The position numbers and the translations under genes were made by a program. From assembly GCA_040357565.1 (NCBI GenBank), contig JBDODJ010000075.1: a stretch of 55,888 nt of DNA, one strand, 5' to 3'. The first letter of the stretch is position 1; the number at the start of each line of letters is the position of its first letter. Below, in pieces: positions 52,007 to 55,888 of this stretch. Under the pieces are notes generated by a model. That model searched no databases, had not been told where the DNA came from, and saw nothing but the letters and a program-made list of their open reading frames with translations. The DNA is from Cercozoa sp. M6MM. Lineage: Eukaryota > Protista > Endomyxa: Ascetosporea.

Positions 52007-52304
52007 TTCTGCAACCGCGTGGACGACAAAGCTCAACCGTGCGTGTCGGGGTTCAAAAGTGCAAAATACGCCTTTTCAAATTGGCCGTTGTCGAAAGTCG
52101 CAGCTACAGCAACTACTTGGTCGGAGACGCGAAGCAAACACACAAACAGAACCCAGGACACGCTCAGATCAGCAAAAAGATGCTTCAGGACTTTGGTCCG
52201 GCCAGCCCGAGTTGGTTGTTTCGCACCCTTAACACACGTTGCGCGACCGTCACTAGCAGCGTAGAGCGCGTCGGTATGTGCATGAGCGTGTTGCTTAGCT
52301 TTTG

Positions 52305-54531
52305 ATGCCACCAAAGAAGCCTCGCGGCTTAAAAGCCAAGTATTGGCAGAGAAGGCATGTGTTTTGGTCGCGGTACGACGAAGGCATCCAGATGGACCAG
52401 GAAGGTACTTGTGCAGTGTCCAGTCGGCCTCCCTGCGGCTTTTCTGTGGCCACAGCCGCGCTATGTTGTGTGCAGGCTGGTACTCGGTGACGCCAGAGGC
52501 GGTGGCAGAGCACACGGCGCGTCGCATGGCACGTGCCGTGGCCGACGGTGTCAATGCCGATCTGTCGACTCTGCTGACGGTGCTGGATCAGTTCGGCACC
52601 GTCGATGACACCGAGAGTGACGGTGATCTTAGTGATCGCAGTGATGATGATCAGGGCGACGGTTACGACAGTGATCACAGTGACAGTACCGAGGGTGACA
52701 GCACCGAGGGTGACAGCACCGAGAGTGACAGCTCCGGTGGTGACACCTCCTCTGACGGTGACTCTAACGGTTACTCTGACGGTGATACTAACGGTGACAC
52801 TGACGGTGACTCTGACGGTGACTCTGACGGTGACTCTGACGGTGAGGAACCGTCGCCGAAACGACGGCGTCTGCGCCGACGCACCGTCGTTATCGACGCT
52901 TTCTGCGGCTGCGGCGGCAACGCCATTGCCTTCGCGTACTTACCTTCCCTTACCCCTTTACCCCTTACTTCCCTTTTAACCTCCTTGTTACCCGTTTACC
53001 CCCCCCCCAGACGACATTTTGACGTCGTGATCGCAATCGACACCGAGCAGGAGCGACTTGGCATGGCGCGACACAATGCGGAGATGTACCCCCCCCCCCC
53101 CCTTTACCCCCCTTAAGCATTCCCTCTTTGTGCCTACCTCTTGTCCCTGCTGCTTTACCGTTTACCCTTTGCCCTTACCCTTTACCCTTTACCCCCCCCC
53201 CGTATAGATACGACGTGGCCAATAAGATTCACTTTGTGCATGCTGATGCGTTTCACGTGCTGCGCACTTTGCTGGAAAAACAGATTAAAGTAGAGTTTAC
53301 CCCCCCCCCCCCTGCTGCCCCTTTACCCCTCTTTCTTTACCTCTGCACCCTTACCCCCTTTATCTCCCTTCCCCAGGTGGACGCGGTGTTTCTGTCGCCT
53401 CCGTGGGGTGGTTCGGGTTCGCAGTACTCGTTTGCCTCTGTATATTGATCCCTCCAGCCTTCTAGTGATTGATACAACCGTCTAAGTGGACTGAGTGATT
53501 GATAAAAAACCGTGTGACTGGAGTGGTACTACTTGCAGGTGTGGTCGCTGCGCTTCAGTCTGACGGTGGACCCGGCACTCATGCTGCAGCGCTCCTTCGA
53601 GGTCGCGCATCGCGGACAGGTTGCTTTTACCCCCCCCCCCTTTGTCTTCGCTCTTTGCCTTCCCTCTTATCCCCCTCTTTACCTTTCTCTCATCCCCTCT
53701 TGCTCCTGTTTACCCCCTGTTTACCCCTCCTGTTTACTCGCAGGTATGCGTGTACCTGCCTCGCAACGTGGACGTGCGCGAGGCGATGGCACTGGCGGCA
53801 CCGCATGTCAGACGACATTGTCCGCCTGTGGAACCGGGTGGTAGTCTTACCCTTCCTCCACTTCCCTCTTACCTGTTACCTCTTACCTCCGCTACTCCGA
53901 CGCAGTGCATCACAGCATGGAAATCGAGAATGCGCTGCTGGTCGACACGGGACGCTGCTTTGTGCTGCACGCGTACTTCGGCGACTTGGTGTAGCTTTGC
54001 GCCCTCTTGTACTCCCCCTACTTTCTTACCCCCCCCCCCAGAAAAAAGACGCAGGAAGATAAAGTGATCGAATTAAAAGCGACGCCGAAGGAACGACTCG
54101 CGTGTCTCCTCAATGATATCAAGTATCCCTCTTGTCTCCTTTACCCCCTCCCCGCTCTCTTGTCCCTTTCCCCCCCCCCCCCAGGTACAGGTTCGACAGG
54201 ACGCCAGAGGAGGAGCGGCACCACTTCGTGGACGCCCTGCAGGTCGCGATGCTCGCCTTGTGTCCGCCTCACACTGTCGACACTGCCAGGTGCTTTATCC
54301 CCTTCTACCCCTAGCTCCATCCTTTATCCCTCTCTCTCCCACAGGGACCAAGACAACCTAGAGGAAGCAGAAATCGCAAGGAACCAGAGCAACAGTGCTC
54401 CTGCAGCAGGAAACACCGGCGAAACTGATTCCGAGTGGCGTTTTCGCTTCCAGTCGCTGCTGTTCCGTCTGCAGTACGCCGACCTGCCACTACCAGGCCG
54501 TCTGCCGCCACCTGAGTTACCTACCGCTTAA
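52305..54531 (+). CDS. TGS1: Trimethylguanosine synthase
   Basis: [75 protein letters not shown]. Confidence 0.95.
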
Positions 54532-54748
54532 TCTATCGTCAGTGTTCCGTTTCCTGGGAACCCACCCCTTTCGGGCGGCCCAATTTTTGAGCCGAAAACC
54601 TTGATCCAAAAAATAGATTTTGTTTGGTCAGCACAACTAAGATAGCAGGTTTTATTTGTAGAGGCATTGTGCCTAAGTTACTGTGAGTTGCGGAGCGTTA
54701 AAATAAGCGCGATCGGCCTGGTGTGCGTTAAAAATATCTTGATTCTTC

Positions 54749-55806
54749 ATGAGTGGCAAGCCAGAAGCGATCAAAACGCCTGAAGAGGCACTGGAGGCGC
54801 TGTATTCTGCGCGTGCGGCAACGCAATTATCGAAACTCAGCACCAAAACCCTGCTGACTGCGATACAGGTAAAATAACAAGTAACAACCCCAAGAAACAA
54901 GAAAAATATACTATGTGCATGCAGTCGCTCGTCACGGAGAACATTGCCGCAGATGACGTGCCAGAGTGCCGACACTGCAAGCAACGCCTCCAACTGGCAG
55001 TGCGCAAACGCCATGGTGAGGAGGTCCTGGTCTGGTGTTGCCTAAAAAAGGCAGGCAACAACAATCGCACGCCCAAGTGCAAGAAAGAGGCGGTGCGACT
55101 CTCGACCACCAATGACGACGGCTTTCACACCGTGCTGTCTCACGGCAACGGCTCGATGAAGAATCAGTTGTTGGCGATACACGAGTTGCTATGTAAGCGA
55201 GCAACGATCGAGTCCATGGCCGACACGGCGAATCAGGAGCACCGGTGGGCACAGTCACTGCGACGTCGTGTTTTCTGCTCACTCGCAGGCAGTGAGAGAC
55301 TGCGCCAGAGCCGGTACAAGCTCGGTGAGCGTGTCTGCGGCACGGACGACGAGGAGGAGATCAAGAAACTGTGGACATCGAAGGCCAAGGAGCTCGGGTT
55401 TGATGACTTTTTGGGCTTTGTCACCGAGATCGATGAGGTAGGTTATTTTATCTGTTGTATGGTGTAAGCTCGAAACAAAGTACCTGGGTTGTTCAGTTCT
55501 GTCTTGGCAAGAACAAGCTGTCTCGCAACCCCCATTGTCGGCCACAACGAGATACCAGAGTGTGGGTATTCTCGATGACGTTGTCCGCTCGCTTCTTTGA
55601 AAAGGTATTATAGACTAACTGCGCTCTGTCACACACAAGTGAGTGTTAATTATGCAGGACAACAACACCGAGACGCGACGAGTACTTGAGTATCGGTACC
55701 AAGTGTCGCTGCGCCGAGACGCAGCAACATTTCTTCCTATCGTCAAGAAAAACGTGTTGATAAAGCCCGGTTCCTCGCTTTTTCAAACACAAACGTACTT
55801 TTATAC
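54749..55806 (+). mobile_element. Merlin (IS1595/ISXO2-like) DDE transposase gene, intron-containing, truncated by the window end
   Basis: Exons 54749-54868, 54925-55437, 55497-55604 and 55658-55806 splice in frame. Zn-ribbon CRHC..WCC..C, then VTEIDEFCLGKNK..RVWVFSM..RRDAATFLPIVKKNVLIKPGS..YFYT. Confidence 0.85.
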
Positions 55807-55812
55807 GTAGTG

Positions 55813-55847
55813 ACACACACATACCCACACACACACACACCCACACA

Positions 55848-55888
<41 letters not shown>
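55813..55888. repeat. (AC)n microsatellite, within transposase intron 4
   Basis: Directly visible after the putative donor GTAGTG at 55807. Confidence 0.95.

Overview
Gene-dense, intron-rich nuclear DNA from a unicellular eukaryote (protist-like; lineage not determinable from this window). Every intron I traced by hand is GT-AG, mostly 50-70 nt, and genes read in the standard code. The ORF track is mostly exon fragments, so the gene models below were spliced by eye. Recognisable genes: ECM4/YqjG-type glutathionyl-hydroquinone reductase (split across a scaffold gap in opposite orientations), BTB-BACK protein, R3HCC1-like, RNFT1-like RING, three-repeat Myb, RETSAT-like oxidoreductase, acid ceramidase/NAAA-like, an RGS fragment, anoctamin, TLC-domain protein, NUP210, acetyl-CoA synthetase and TGS1. 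There are also several orphan genes and, at the right end, a Merlin/IS1595-family transposase gene with at least four spliceosomal introns. Three 100-N gaps are present, and the first contig (1-22420) appears inverted. Most notable: the intron-bearing Merlin transposase; domains in which almost every intron carries its own C-rich tandem repeat; a patchwork templated insertion at 1576-2118; an orphan duplicated gene pair at 36.6-42.5 kb; and a helically phased CACGTG array. I found no rRNA, tRNA, snRNA or CRISPR array.
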